A stretch of DNA of 64,000 nt from Candidatus Muproteobacteria bacterium (GTDB lineage Bacteria; Pseudomonadota; Gammaproteobacteria; Acidiferrobacterales; SPGG2), in assembly GCA_003251795.1 (NCBI GenBank), contig QKEI01000055.1:8593-72592 (forward strand), read 5' to 3'. The stretch's first letter is position 1, and each line of letters starts with the position of its first letter. The notes under the pieces were generated by a model. The model saw only the letters and a program-made list of their open reading frames with translations, was not told the DNA's origin and ran no database searches. A program made the translations under genes and the position numbers. Of the stretch, positions 1-9,324 are shown in pieces.

Positions 1-1
1 C

Positions 2-1078
2 ATCGCTGTACCCAAGGGTGTGGTCGCGTCCACGGCCGAGCAGGCGTTACGCGGCGCGCAAATGCTTGGTGCAGTCGTGATCAAGGCCCAAGTACCGACC
101 GGCAAGCGCGGCAAGGCGGGCGGCGTGCGTGCGGTCGACACGCCAGAGCGAGCCGCCGCGGCCGCACGCGAAATCCTCGGCATGGCGATCGGTGGTCACA
201 ATGTCGAGCGCGTGCTGATCGAGCAGCGCGCCGATATCAAACAAGAGCTGTACGCGGCGGTGTTGAACGATTCCGTGTCGAAGGGACCGCTAGTGCTATT
301 CTCCACACTCGGCGGCATGGATATCGAGGAAGCAGCCGCGACCAAGCCCGATGCCGTGCGTCGCGGCCTAGTCGATATCCGCAGCGGATTTGATCGCGCG
401 GCGGCTGATAGATTGCTCGCGGGCATGGATCTCGCCGGCGCCGAGGGCAAGATCGGTGACGTGTTGGCGCGATTGTATGAGGTCTACCGCGAGCACGACG
501 CCGAGCTGGTCGAGATCAATCCACTGGCGTTGACGGCAACGGGCGAGCTCATCGCACTCGACTGCAAGTTCGTGCTCGATGATTCTGCCGTAGCCCGCCA
601 GCAGGCATTGGCGCAGCGCGGCGTACCCGAACGTCTGACTGACGCCGAGCGTCGTGGTCGCGAGCTAGGCCTTCGCTACATCGAGCTCGAGGGCAATGTC
701 GGCGTGCTAGCCAATGGCGCCGGTCTTACCATGACGACTATGGATGCCGTGCGGCACTACGGCGGGCAGCCCGCTAATTTCTTGGAGATTGGCGGCGAGG
801 CCTACACGCTTGCCAAGCCGGCGCTCGAGCTGGTACTGGACAATCCCAGAGTAAAGACCCTGGTGATCAACTTCTGCGGCGCGTTCGCGCGCACCGATGT
901 CATGATGGAGGGCGTACTCAGCGCCTGGCAGGAGCTCAAACCGAAGATCCCGGCTTTTTTCTCGGTGCACGGCACCGGCGAGGACGAGGCCGTGCAACTA
1001 CTGCGCGAGCGATTGCAAATGGAACCGTTTGACCTGATGGATGACGCGGTCAAGGCGGCGGTGGAGGCGGCACGATGA
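2..1078 (+). CDS. sucC: Succinyl-CoA ligase (ADP-forming) beta-subunit-like ATP-grasp protein, 5' partial
   Basis: The reading frame is open to the window edge, so roughly 20 N-terminal aa are missing. SucC-like motifs are present: VIKAQV..GKRGKAGGV, EINPL, ANGAGL.M.TMD. The stop overlaps the next start (ATGA at 1075-1078). The acid substrate (succinate vs malate or other) is not decidable. Confidence 0.85.
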   Translation: MAVPKGVVASTAEQALRGAQMLGAVVIKAQVPTGKRGKAGGVRAVDTPERAAAAAREILGMAIGGHNVERVLIEQRADIKQELYAAVLNDSVSKGPLVLFSTLGGMDIEEAAATKPDAVRRGLVDIRSGFDRAAADRLLAGMDLAGAEGKIGDVLARLYEVYREHDAELVEINPLALTATGELIALDCKFVLDDSAVARQQALAQRGVPERLTDAERRGRELGLRYIELEGNVGVLANGAGLTMTTMDAVRHYGGQPANFLEIGGEAYTLAKPALELVLDNPRVKTLVINFCGAFARTDVMMEGVLSAWQELKPKIPAFFSVHGTGEDEAVQLLRERLQMEPFDLMDDAVKAAVEAAR

Positions 1079-1947
1079 TCGTGCGCGGCAGCGAACGCGT
1101 GCTGGTTCAAGGTATCACTGGCCGCCAAGGCAGCTTCTGGACGGAGCGCATGCAGGCCTATGGCACAAGCATCATGGGTGGCGTCAATCCGAAGAAGGCC
1201 GGTAGCACTCACTGTGGTGTACCGGTCTATGGCAGTGCGCATGCGGCCATGGATGCCGAAGGCTTCGATGTTTCCGTGTTATTCATACCGCCGCTTGGCG
1301 TGCGCGATGCTGCGCTCGATGCGATTGAGGCCGGCGTGAAAAAGCTCGTGGTCCTAACCGAGCACGTACCGGTGCAGGATGTCATGTATTTTCTTGCGGC
1401 GGCGCGCGAACGCAGCATCGAGGTAATCGGCCCCAATACCGCCGGCTTGGTGACGCCGGGAGAATGCTTTGTCGGTTTCATGCCTGCCTTCAATGAGCGC
1501 ATTTTTCGCCGAGGAAGGATCGGCGTTATCTCGCGCAGCGGCAGTCTCGGTACGTTGGTCTGTTTGAATCTGGTGCGTGCCGGGTTCGGCGAGTCGGCGT
1601 TTATTGGGATCGGCGGCGACCCTATTCTCGGTACCACGACGCGCGACGCCTTGGTTACGCTCGACCGTGATGCGCAGACCGATGCCGTGGTGATTGTCGG
1701 TGAAATCGGCGGGGCGCTTGAAGAGGAGGCCGCGGAGTACGCCCATACCATGCGCAAGCCGGTGGTTGCGTTCATCGCCGGTCGCGCCTCACCGCCCGGC
1801 AAGCGCATGGGTCATGCCGGCGCCATCGTTATGGGCGCGCGCGGCTCTTACGATTCCAAGCGCACAGCGCTTGAGCGCGCAGGTGTTACCGTACTCGATA
1901 CACCCTCGTATGTGGCCCGCGCCGTCAGTGATGCTTTGGGCCGCTGA
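1075..1947 (+). CDS. sucD: Succinyl-CoA ligase alpha subunit
   Basis: CoA-binding GITGRQG, the SRSGSLG loop and the phosphohistidine loop MGHAGAIV are present. It is translationally coupled to the beta subunit. Confidence 0.9.
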   Translation: MIVRGSERVLVQGITGRQGSFWTERMQAYGTSIMGGVNPKKAGSTHCGVPVYGSAHAAMDAEGFDVSVLFIPPLGVRDAALDAIEAGVKKLVVLTEHVPVQDVMYFLAAARERSIEVIGPNTAGLVTPGECFVGFMPAFNERIFRRGRIGVISRSGSLGTLVCLNLVRAGFGESAFIGIGGDPILGTTTRDALVTLDRDAQTDAVVIVGEIGGALEEEAAEYAHTMRKPVVAFIAGRASPPGKRMGHAGAIVMGARGSYDSKRTALERAGVTVLDTPSYVARAVSDALGR

Positions 1948-1985
1948 AGTCACATCGCCGCTGTCACGATAGCGAGACAACTCTT

Positions 1986-2981
1986 ATGCAAGCTGTGCAG
2001 ATCGGGGATTACGGCGGGAGACAGCAACTGCGTGTCGCCGATGTGTCCGTGCCCGAGCCTGGCAAGGGAGAAGCACTCGTGCAGCTGGCGTATGCCGGCG
2101 TTAACTTCATCGATGTCTACATGCGCGAGGGCCACTATCGGCACTCGGCCACCTACGGGACGCCTTTGCCATTTACGCTGGGCATGGAAGGGGGCGGTAC
2201 GGTTGCAGCGATCGGGTCTGAAGTGAAGGGCATCAAAACCGGAGATCGAGTCGCCTATTGTCTGAGCCGCGGCAGTTATGCCCAGTACGCCGTGGTGCCG
2301 GAATGGAAGCTCGTTAAGGTTCCGCAACGCGTACCGCTCGACGTTGCGACTACCCTGATGCTGCAGGGTTGCACCGCACACTATCTATCGCATTCGTTGT
2401 TTCCACTTCAACCGGGGCACAGCTGCCTGGTGCATGCCGGCGCCGGTGGCGTCGGCCAGCTGCTAATTCAGTTGGCACGATTGCGCGGTGCGCGCGTCTT
2501 GGCCACGGTCGGCAACGACGAAAAGGCCGATATCGTCAAGCGCCTTGGCGCGGAGCCGATTCTTTATAGAGAGGTGGATTTTCGCGAGGCTGTGATGGCG
2601 GCCACCGCCGGCGAGGGGGTGAATGTTGTTTACGACGCCGTCGGCAAGGAGACCATTGATCGCAGCCTACGCTCGCTCAAGCGTCGCGGCACCTGCGTCA
2701 ACTACGGCGGTAGCTCGGGTCTGGTGGAGAGCATCCGTCCATTGGATCTGGCAGAAGCCGGTTCGGTGTTTTTTACCCGTCCGCATCTGGCCCATTACAT
2801 GGCCGATAGCACTGAGATCGACACACGCGCCGCCGATCTATTTGCCGCGTTTCTTAACGGACAGATCAAGGTCGCTATCGATCGCACGTTGCCCCTGGCG
2901 CACGCAGCCGAGGCGCACGCCATCATCGAGGGCAGACAGACCAAGGGCAAGCTCTTGCTCGAAGTGCCGGAATCGACGTGA
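1986..2981 (+). CDS. NADPH:quinone oxidoreductase / zeta-crystallin-type medium-chain dehydrogenase
   Basis: MDR-family layout with a GroES-like N-terminus, an AGAGGVG dinucleotide motif and a typical Qor C-terminal ..GKLLL. Confidence 0.8.
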   Translation: MQAVQIGDYGGRQQLRVADVSVPEPGKGEALVQLAYAGVNFIDVYMREGHYRHSATYGTPLPFTLGMEGGGTVAAIGSEVKGIKTGDRVAYCLSRGSYAQYAVVPEWKLVKVPQRVPLDVATTLMLQGCTAHYLSHSLFPLQPGHSCLVHAGAGGVGQLLIQLARLRGARVLATVGNDEKADIVKRLGAEPILYREVDFREAVMAATAGEGVNVVYDAVGKETIDRSLRSLKRRGTCVNYGGSSGLVESIRPLDLAEAGSVFFTRPHLAHYMADSTEIDTRAADLFAAFLNGQIKVAIDRTLPLAHAAEAHAIIEGRQTKGKLLLEVPEST

Positions 2982-2994
2982 GTCGCAGTTCACG

Positions 2995-3759
2995 GTGAGC
3001 TCGATCTTGACTGAGCCCAGCCTAATCGTCATTGTTTGGTGCGCGCTGGTACTGGCGCTGGCTGGCGCCGTCAAAGGCATACTCGGTATCGGTTTGCCGA
3101 TCATCTCTATCCCGTTGCTCGCGCTGGTGATGCCGGTGCCGCAAGCGGTGGCGCTGATGCCACTGCCTATTTTGTTTTCCAATATCTGGCAGTCCTTCCA
3201 TGGCGGCTATTTCCTAAAGACACTGCGTCGTTTTTGGGCTTTGCTGCTGGGGTTAATTATCGGGACGGTCATCGGTACAAAGGTGCTTTCCACCGTGCAT
3301 CCGCACATGCTCTACGTGTTGGTCGGTGTGGTGGTCGTTATCTTTTCGCTCACGAGTTACTTGCAGCCGCAGTTGCGTGTGGCTCCGCACCATGAACGCT
3401 GGCTGGCGCCCACGGCAGGGTTGATCGGCGGACTGCTGGGTGGTCTGTCGACCATCTTCGGTCCACCGCTCATCATTTTCCTCGTGGCGCTGCATTTACA
3501 GAAGGACGAATTCGTCGGCACCATCTCGACGTTCTATCTGATCGGTGTGCTGCCGCTGATACTAGCACTCGGCGCTTTCCATATGATGGGCCAGAGAGAG
3601 CTGGTAGCTTCGTCGCTGGCGACCATTCCGTTACTGGCCGGTGTGGGAATTGGCCAAATATTGCGAACGCGCATTGCGCAGGAAGGTTTTCGCCGGGTGT
3701 TGCTGGTGATGCTGACATTGCTGGGGTGTGGTCTGGTGGTGCGGACGCTGCTGGCCTAA
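2995..3759 (+). CDS. TauE/SafE (DUF81) family anion-exporter-like membrane protein
   Basis: The polytopic hydrophobic protein begins VSSILTEPSLIVIVWCALVLALAGAVKGILGIG. The ORF-track N-terminal extension (2623-2994) overlaps the qor-like gene in another frame and is Arg/Pro-rich junk. A GTG at 2995 (or TTG at 3007) is the plausible start. Confidence 0.7.
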   Translation: MSSILTEPSLIVIVWCALVLALAGAVKGILGIGLPIISIPLLALVMPVPQAVALMPLPILFSNIWQSFHGGYFLKTLRRFWALLLGLIIGTVIGTKVLSTVHPHMLYVLVGVVVVIFSLTSYLQPQLRVAPHHERWLAPTAGLIGGLLGGLSTIFGPPLIIFLVALHLQKDEFVGTISTFYLIGVLPLILALGAFHMMGQRELVASSLATIPLLAGVGIGQILRTRIAQEGFRRVLLVMLTLLGCGLVVRTLLA

Positions 3760-4436
3760 AGCAGATCTTTCATATCGCGATGGCGACGGGAGATGTAGTC
3801 TTTCATCGCCGCCTCCGCCGCTTCCGGTTGACGGCGACTGATGGCATTAACGACGGAATCGGTCATCTCGTCATGCGCGTGCGCGGTGCCGTGCCAATCG
3901 CCGGTTTTTTTGGCGATGTAGAACCACAGACGCAGGTGCTGATTAAAGATCCGTGGAACAACCTCTTCCAGGTAGCTGTTGCGTGACGCCCGTGCCAACA
4001 GTTGGTGGAAGCGGTAGTCCAGCGATACGTAGTGGTCGATATCGTTTTCCGCTGTCGCTTGCGCCAGTTGTGAATGCAGCCGATAGAGCTCGGCGATTTC
4101 CTTTTCCGAGCCGCGCGTTGCCGCCAATTTTGCCGTGAATCCTTCGATCAGACCGCGGAACTCGTAGATCTGTTGCACGCTGGTGGCGCTGACCTCGGCG
4201 ACAAACATGCCACGATTGGGCAAGTGACTGACAAGTCCCTCGATGGCCAGTCGTTGCAGGGCCTCGCGTATCGGTGTGCGACCGATACCCAGATCCGCCA
4301 TCAATACCTTCTCTGCCAATAGCGCGCCTGGCGCCAACTCCAGGCGGGTGATCTTTCTTACCAGAATCTGATAGGCCTTCTCGGCCAGTGACACGCTGGC
4401 GCTGTGACCGGCTTCGCTGACTTGCGCCTGGCTCAT
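3756..4436 (-). CDS. GntR-family transcriptional regulator (FadR/FCD subfamily)
   Basis: N-terminal winged helix (LAEKVLMADLGIGRTPIREALQRLAIEGLV) plus a helical FCD-like C-terminal domain. Its ATG overlaps the stop of the upstream COG0523 gene (ATGA at 4433-4436). Confidence 0.85.
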   Translation of the reverse strand: MSQAQVSEAGHSASVSLAEKAYQILVRKITRLELAPGALLAEKVLMADLGIGRTPIREALQRLAIEGLVSHLPNRGMFVAEVSATSVQQIYEFRGLIEGFTAKLAATRGSEKEIAELYRLHSQLAQATAENDIDHYVSLDYRFHQLLARASRNSYLEEVVPRIFNQHLRLWFYIAKKTGDWHGTAHAHDEMTDSVVNAISRRQPEAAEAAMKDYISRRHRDMKDLL

Positions 4437-5398
4437 TGCGACCTTGCTGTGGAGGCGTGTTCCTTTCCTCGACGGACCGAGGCAAAACGGGCCTCGACCG
4501 CATCGCGATCAAGACCGCTGCCGATAAAGACCATCTGCTGTTTGTGCTGTACGTCGCTCACTGTGATGTCAAGTTGCCCGGAGGCGAACTGTACCAGTGC
4601 GGGTTTGCCGTCGATCAGCATGAACCCCTTGGCGCGCCACACATTGTCCGGTAGCTCGGCAAAAAACCGCTCGACTTCGCTGCGCTCGGCATTGCCGTTG
4701 GCCTCGAGGACGAACGATTCGACCGGCGGATGGGTAGTGTGCCCATGGTCATGTCCGTGGGCATCATCCGCGTGGCCGTGTGCGGCCGGCAGCGGGCGCC
4801 CGAGCAACGCACTTTCATCGCCATCGAGCAGAAACCCGAGATCAGCCTCACACTGTTCGGTGAACAACACGGTCGCCTTGGGGTTGAGCTGCTGCACCTG
4901 CTCGCGCACCGATTCCAGCTCAGCGGGCGTGGCAAGATCTATCTTATTCAACAGCAGCACATCGGCGTTGGCGATTTGGGCGCTGTAGAAATCGCCGAGT
5001 CCGTCAAGCAGCCGCGAAAACTTGGGGGCGTTGACCACGGTAACCAGCGGGCCGATATCGACGTTGGAGCGAAAGTCCGGGTCAGCGAGCGTTTCCAGCA
5101 TATCTTCGGGTTGCGCAACACCCGTTGCTTCCACCACGACGCGGTCGACGCCGCTCACCTCGTGCAGCTCCTCGATCGCGTTCAGCAGCGAACCCTTGAG
5201 AGTGCAGCACAAACAGCCGGAGGTAAGCTCGACCACATCGATGTTGCGCCCCTCGATAATGGCACCATCGATGCCGACCTCACCGAACTCGTTGACGATT
5301 ACCGCCAGTCGCTGCTGCTGCGCGCGTTCGGCCAGGATATGACGCACCAGCGTGGTCTTGCCGGAGCCGAGGAAACCGAACAGCAGATTCACTCTCAC
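4433..5398 (-). CDS. COG0523 / CobW-family G3E GTPase metallochaperone with His-rich insert
   Basis: P-loop GFLGSGKTTL, the CxCC metal motif (SGCLCCT) and a His-rich stretch AAHGHADDAHGHDHGHTTHP. The GTG start overlaps the stop of the activase gene by 1 nt. Confidence 0.85.
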   Translation of the reverse strand: MRVNLLFGFLGSGKTTLVRHILAERAQQQRLAVIVNEFGEVGIDGAIIEGRNIDVVELTSGCLCCTLKGSLLNAIEELHEVSGVDRVVVEATGVAQPEDMLETLADPDFRSNVDIGPLVTVVNAPKFSRLLDGLGDFYSAQIANADVLLLNKIDLATPAELESVREQVQQLNPKATVLFTEQCEADLGFLLDGDESALLGRPLPAAHGHADDAHGHDHGHTTHPPVESFVLEANGNAERSEVERFFAELPDNVWRAKGFMLIDGKPALVQFASGQLDITVSDVQHKQQMVFIGSGLDRDAVEARFASVRRGKEHASTARSQ

Positions 5399-7302
5399 TA
5401 CTGCGCCCCTGCGGCCGCGGAGGCCTGGGCAGTTGCCGGACTCGAGAACGTGATGGCGTCGACGAACACGTCCTGAAACTCGGGGCGAGTTGCCAAAGCG
5501 ACGTGTTCGATGCGCTGCGCGATCGTATACGTGCGCGCGCGCTCGGTCTCGGACAACAACGCCAGCTGCGCACCCAGGTGCGCGGCATTGCCAAAATAAG
5601 TAATCTTGTGCAACGGCAACGGCGGCAGCAAGCGAATGCGCACCGCGCTCTCGATATTGATGTAGTTACCGAAGCCGCCGCAGAGCATGATCTCTTCGAT
5701 CTGTTGATCGGTGACGCCCATCACCTTCTGCAGCATCATAATGCCGGAGTAGATCGCGCCCTTGGCCAGTTGCAGCTGGCGGATGTCGGTCTGCGTCAGC
5801 GTAACGGCCTCATCCTTGCCGGCATCAGTCGCCTTTACCAACATAAACTCACAGCCATGTGGGTTGTCGATCAGACGTTCGCGTATCGCTGGAGGCAGCG
5901 CCTCGCGGTCACGCCGGCGCAGCAATCCACTGCTATTCACCACCTCGGCGTCGAGCATCTTGGCCACCGCGTCGATCAGGCCCGAACCGCAAATGCCGAT
6001 GGCCGGGGCATTGCCGATGACCTGACAGTGCACATCGGTGTCGATTTGGACCTTTTCGATAGCGCCGACGGCACCACGCATGCCATGGCGGATCTGTGCA
6101 CCTTCGAGCGCCGGACCGGCTGGTGCCGAGCAAGCCATGAGCTTGTCCTTCGAGCCCATCACCACCTCGCCGTTAGTACCGATGTCGACCATTACGCGAA
6201 TCTTGTCGCTATCGTAGATGCGCGTGGCCAGCACGGCGCCCATGGTGTCGGCACCGACAAAACCGGCCACGATCGGCAACAGGCAAACGCGGGCATTGGG
6301 TGCCGCCTTTAGCGGCAGTTCTTTCGCCGCCAGTACCAGCGGGTCGCGTACCACCGGGGCATAGGGCGCGAGCCCGACGTAGCTGACGTCGATGCCTAAG
6401 AAGATATGATGCATGCAGGTGTTACCGACTACCACGATCTTGTAGATGTGCTCCGGTGCTACCTTCGCCTGTTCGCAGGCTTCCTTTATGAAGTCATTGA
6501 TAGCATTGAGCGCACGGACACGCAGAGTCGTAAGTTTCTTTTCGTCGAACTGCGCATAAGCGATGCGCGACATCAGGTCGCCGCCGTAGGTCGCTTGAGG
6601 ATTGACGTTGCCCACTGACGCCAGCTCCTCACCGGTCACGAGATCGAGCAGGGTGCCGACGATACTAGTGGTGCCGATATCGAACGCCATACCGTATTTG
6701 TGTGCGCTGGTATCGCCAGCTTCCACGTCGATAACGTTTTGGTTGAACGTCGTAACGGTGAGCAATCCCTTCTGTGCGCGTAGCACGGCTGGCAGCTTGC
6801 GCATGATTTCTAACGGGATCTCGCGGGACACGTCGACGGCGAGCGCCGTCAGCATCTCTTCCACGTCGGAGGTCTGGTGATGCTCGTCGGCAGGTGCCTT
6901 GGCGACGATCACACGCTTTTCCACGCCAGAATCGAGGGCGACGCCAGCGCTATCCAGAGCACGCCCGGAAGCGAGAATCTGGTGTCCGACCTCGGTCTTC
7001 GGCGGCGCTACCAGCACGGTGCAATCGGAGACGATTCTGGTTTGACAGGAGAGCCGGAACTGCTCGTGCACCTCTTCGTGACCGAGCTGAATCGTGTCCT
7101 GCACGGTCGGCGGCGGTACGTCGCCCTTCAGCACCTTCACCCGGCAACTACGACAGCGGCCACGTCCGCCACAGGTAGCAGCGATGTCGACACCGGCCGC
7201 TTGCGCCGCCTGCAACACCGTTTCGCTGAGTGCGGCCCGCGCAGTCCGGCCACGGGTTTGTGCGTTCGGACCGACGAAGGTCACCTCGACGCTGCTGGTC
7301 AT
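5398..7302 (-). CDS. Corrinoid reductive activase (RACo-type): N-terminal plant-type [2Fe-2S] ferredoxin + ASKHA ATPase domain
   Basis: N-terminus CGGRGRCRSCRV...C (2Fe-2S) is followed by a large ASKHA/DUF4445-like body (DIGTTS, DIGTNGE, GFGNY motifs). It lies directly downstream of the corrinoid protein gene. Confidence 0.85.
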   Translation of the reverse strand: MTSSVEVTFVGPNAQTRGRTARAALSETVLQAAQAAGVDIAATCGGRGRCRSCRVKVLKGDVPPPTVQDTIQLGHEEVHEQFRLSCQTRIVSDCTVLVAPPKTEVGHQILASGRALDSAGVALDSGVEKRVIVAKAPADEHHQTSDVEEMLTALAVDVSREIPLEIMRKLPAVLRAQKGLLTVTTFNQNVIDVEAGDTSAHKYGMAFDIGTTSIVGTLLDLVTGEELASVGNVNPQATYGGDLMSRIAYAQFDEKKLTTLRVRALNAINDFIKEACEQAKVAPEHIYKIVVVGNTCMHHIFLGIDVSYVGLAPYAPVVRDPLVLAAKELPLKAAPNARVCLLPIVAGFVGADTMGAVLATRIYDSDKIRVMVDIGTNGEVVMGSKDKLMACSAPAGPALEGAQIRHGMRGAVGAIEKVQIDTDVHCQVIGNAPAIGICGSGLIDAVAKMLDAEVVNSSGLLRRRDREALPPAIRERLIDNPHGCEFMLVKATDAGKDEAVTLTQTDIRQLQLAKGAIYSGIMMLQKVMGVTDQQIEEIMLCGGFGNYINIESAVRIRLLPPLPLHKITYFGNAAHLGAQLALLSETERARTYTIAQRIEHVALATRPEFQDVFVDAITFSSPATAQASAAAGAQ

Positions 7303-7303
7303 A

Positions 7304-8011
7304 CTATCCCCACGGTTCGCGCGGCTGCTTCACCCGATCCAGCGCCAGCTTCACCGCTTCCATCGCGTCTTTACCCCAGCCATCGGCGCCGCACTCGTCC
7401 GCCCAATCCTGGGTCGTGGGCGCGCCACCGATCAGTATCTTAACCTTGTTGCGAAAACCCGCCTTCTCAAACTCCTCGATGGTCACCTTCTGATAATACA
7501 CGGTGGTCGACAGCAATGCCGAGAAACCGACAAGATCAGCCTTTTCCTTTTGTGCGGTTTCAATGAAGCGATCCGGGTGCACGTCGGTACCTAGGTTGAT
7601 GACGTTGAAGCCGGCGTTCTCCAGCATGATCGTTACTATAGATTGGCCGATATCGTGCATATCGCCGAGCACGGTACCCATGACAAAAGTGCCGACGGGT
7701 TTTTCAGCCTGTGCCGCCAGCAGCGGGCGGATCAGCGCCAGCCCCGCTTTCATGGCACGTGCCGTAATTAGCATTTCAGGAATGAAGATAATCTGCGCGC
7801 TGAAACGGTCGCCCTGCAGGTTGAACCCTGGAAATAGCCCGTCATCCAGAATGATCCGCGGGTTGATCCCGACATCAATGGCCTTGCGCACGAACTCATC
7901 GGTATAGGTGTGATTGCCGTTTTCGACCGCTTCCCATAAGGAGCTCCACTCCCAGCCATCGGGGGCACGCCCCTGCCAACCCTCTGGAATCTGTAATACT
8001 GGTTCTGTCAT
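7304..8011 (-). CDS. Corrinoid (B12-binding) protein
   Basis: DxHxxG base-off/His-on motif (GDMHDIGQSIV), SALLSTT and a GGAP loop, with an N-terminal helical cap. I chose the ATG at 8011 (GGGAGG upstream) over the TTG at 8032. Confidence 0.85.
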   Translation of the reverse strand: MTEPVLQIPEGWQGRAPDGWEWSSLWEAVENGNHTYTDEFVRKAIDVGINPRIILDDGLFPGFNLQGDRFSAQIIFIPEMLITARAMKAGLALIRPLLAAQAEKPVGTFVMGTVLGDMHDIGQSIVTIMLENAGFNVINLGTDVHPDRFIETAQKEKADLVGFSALLSTTVYYQKVTIEEFEKAGFRNKVKILIGGAPTTQDWADECGADGWGKDAMEAVKLALDRVKQPREPWG

Positions 8012-8038
8012 TCTATTTCTTTCGCCTCCCAAGGGTGT

Positions 8039-9208
8039 TCAATTAAGGGGATACTTGCCGTACACGCCATAGTCTTTTTGCGCTTCGATCATGGCGTAGA
8101 TGTTCTGGATCGGCACATCCGCGAGTATGTAATGCGAGGGCGAGAAGATATAACCGCTGCCCGGGGCCAGATTTTTCATGACTTCGAGCACGCCTTTTCT
8201 GACATCTTCTACCTGGCCGCGCGGCAGCAAGCGCTGCACGTCGAAGCCGCCGACAAAGGCGATCTTATCGCCATATTTTTGCTTGATGCCGGCCTGGTCC
8301 TTGTTGCCACCGGTCGGCTGCATCAAGCCGGAGAGATGCACGCCGAGCTCGACTTCGTCCGGAATGATCGGCGAGTAATCACCGCAGGAGTGCAGCTTGA
8401 TGAATATCTCTGGATTTTCCTTCTTGAACTCACTAAACATGTGCTGAAAACGCGGTTTCGCCAGCTCCCGCCATTGCACCGGCGATAGCATCATCGATTG
8501 CTGGGCACCGACATCGTCACCTACTCGGATCATGTCGACACCGAGCTTGACGGCATTTTTGCCGAGCGCCGTATAGTATTCGGTCAGGCCATCGAGCACG
8601 CCGTGGATAAGCTCGGGCTGATCGAACAAATACAAGAAGAAGTTTTGCGTGCCGACCAGATGCGCGTAGGCGGCTTCGATCAACGTCGAAGAAAGATCGA
8701 CGATAATGAAGTAATCGTCTTGATACGCCTTGCAAATGTCTTTGATCGGGTCCAGCAGGGCAGGGTCATTGGGGTCCGGCCACTTGTAGTTTTTCAGGTC
8801 CTCCAACGACGTGATCGGATGCGATTTAGGAAAGTTCTCCGGCACCACCTTGGCCGGTCCCCAGAACTCCTGAGTCTTTATGAATTGATGATGTTCTTCT
8901 TCCGTGCGCCCTTTCAGACCGCTCTTTCCGTAGCCCACGCCGAAATGGTTGGTCCAGGTCTCGCCGATAGGAATGGGGCGATGCGAGAACTCGGCGTTGA
9001 TGCCGATTTGGTAAATGATGGCGTCATTACCGAGTCGCAGCTCGAGCTCGGGGTTGTGCTTGAGCCCAGTGCCGGTCTTGGTGACGCCGTAGACACGGGC
9101 GATCTTTTCTTTGGCCTCGCTCTTCATACGATACAGCACCGGTACCCGGTCGACCTTTTCGTGACGCAGGACGCGGATAAAGCGCTCGCGGGGTTTCAGT
9201 TCTTTCAT
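8039..9208 (-). CDS. URO-D-family (MtaA/CmuA/MtvB-like) methyltransferase, candidate substrate:corrinoid MT-I
   Basis: URO-D TIM-barrel fold signature. The N-terminus RERF..L..EKVDRVPV and the HxC zinc motif (KLHSCGD) are present. I chose the ATG at 9208, which is preceded by GGAGG; the ORF-track N-terminal 50 aa is unlikely coding. Confidence 0.8.
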   Translation of the reverse strand: MKELKPRERFIRVLRHEKVDRVPVLYRMKSEAKEKIARVYGVTKTGTGLKHNPELELRLGNDAIIYQIGINAEFSHRPIPIGETWTNHFGVGYGKSGLKGRTEEEHHQFIKTQEFWGPAKVVPENFPKSHPITSLEDLKNYKWPDPNDPALLDPIKDICKAYQDDYFIIVDLSSTLIEAAYAHLVGTQNFFLYLFDQPELIHGVLDGLTEYYTALGKNAVKLGVDMIRVGDDVGAQQSMMLSPVQWRELAKPRFQHMFSEFKKENPEIFIKLHSCGDYSPIIPDEVELGVHLSGLMQPTGGNKDQAGIKQKYGDKIAFVGGFDVQRLLPRGQVEDVRKGVLEVMKNLAPGSGYIFSPSHYILADVPIQNIYAMIEAQKDYGVYGKYPLN

Positions 9209-9248
9209 GGGATTGCCTCCGGCCGTTGCGGGTGGTGTCCTAGGCCTA

Positions 9249-9269
9249 TAATATATTTTTGATATATTA
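9249..9269. promoter_or_regulatory. AT-rich palindrome TAATATAT-TTTTG-ATATATTA between the MT-II and MT-I genes
   Basis: Perfect 8-bp arms, read directly. It is the only AT-rich island in the 116-nt MT-II/MT-I gap. Confidence 0.4.
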
Positions 9270-9324
9270 CCGGCTTCGGCCGCCCCGTCAACCTGGGAAC
9301 GCGCCAAGTTATTGGCGTTTGGGC

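Noticed and set aside
2623-2994. Long N-terminal extensions in the ORF track: 2623 for the TauE gene, 9358 for MT-I, 13686 for Hcy-MT, 26344 for DUF35, 30292 for the Mo enzyme and 61851 for PhnA-like.
   Set aside because: The extensions overlap neighbouring genes or consist of Arg/Pro-rich junk. Internal starts with proper Shine-Dalgarno spacing give proteins of the family-typical length.
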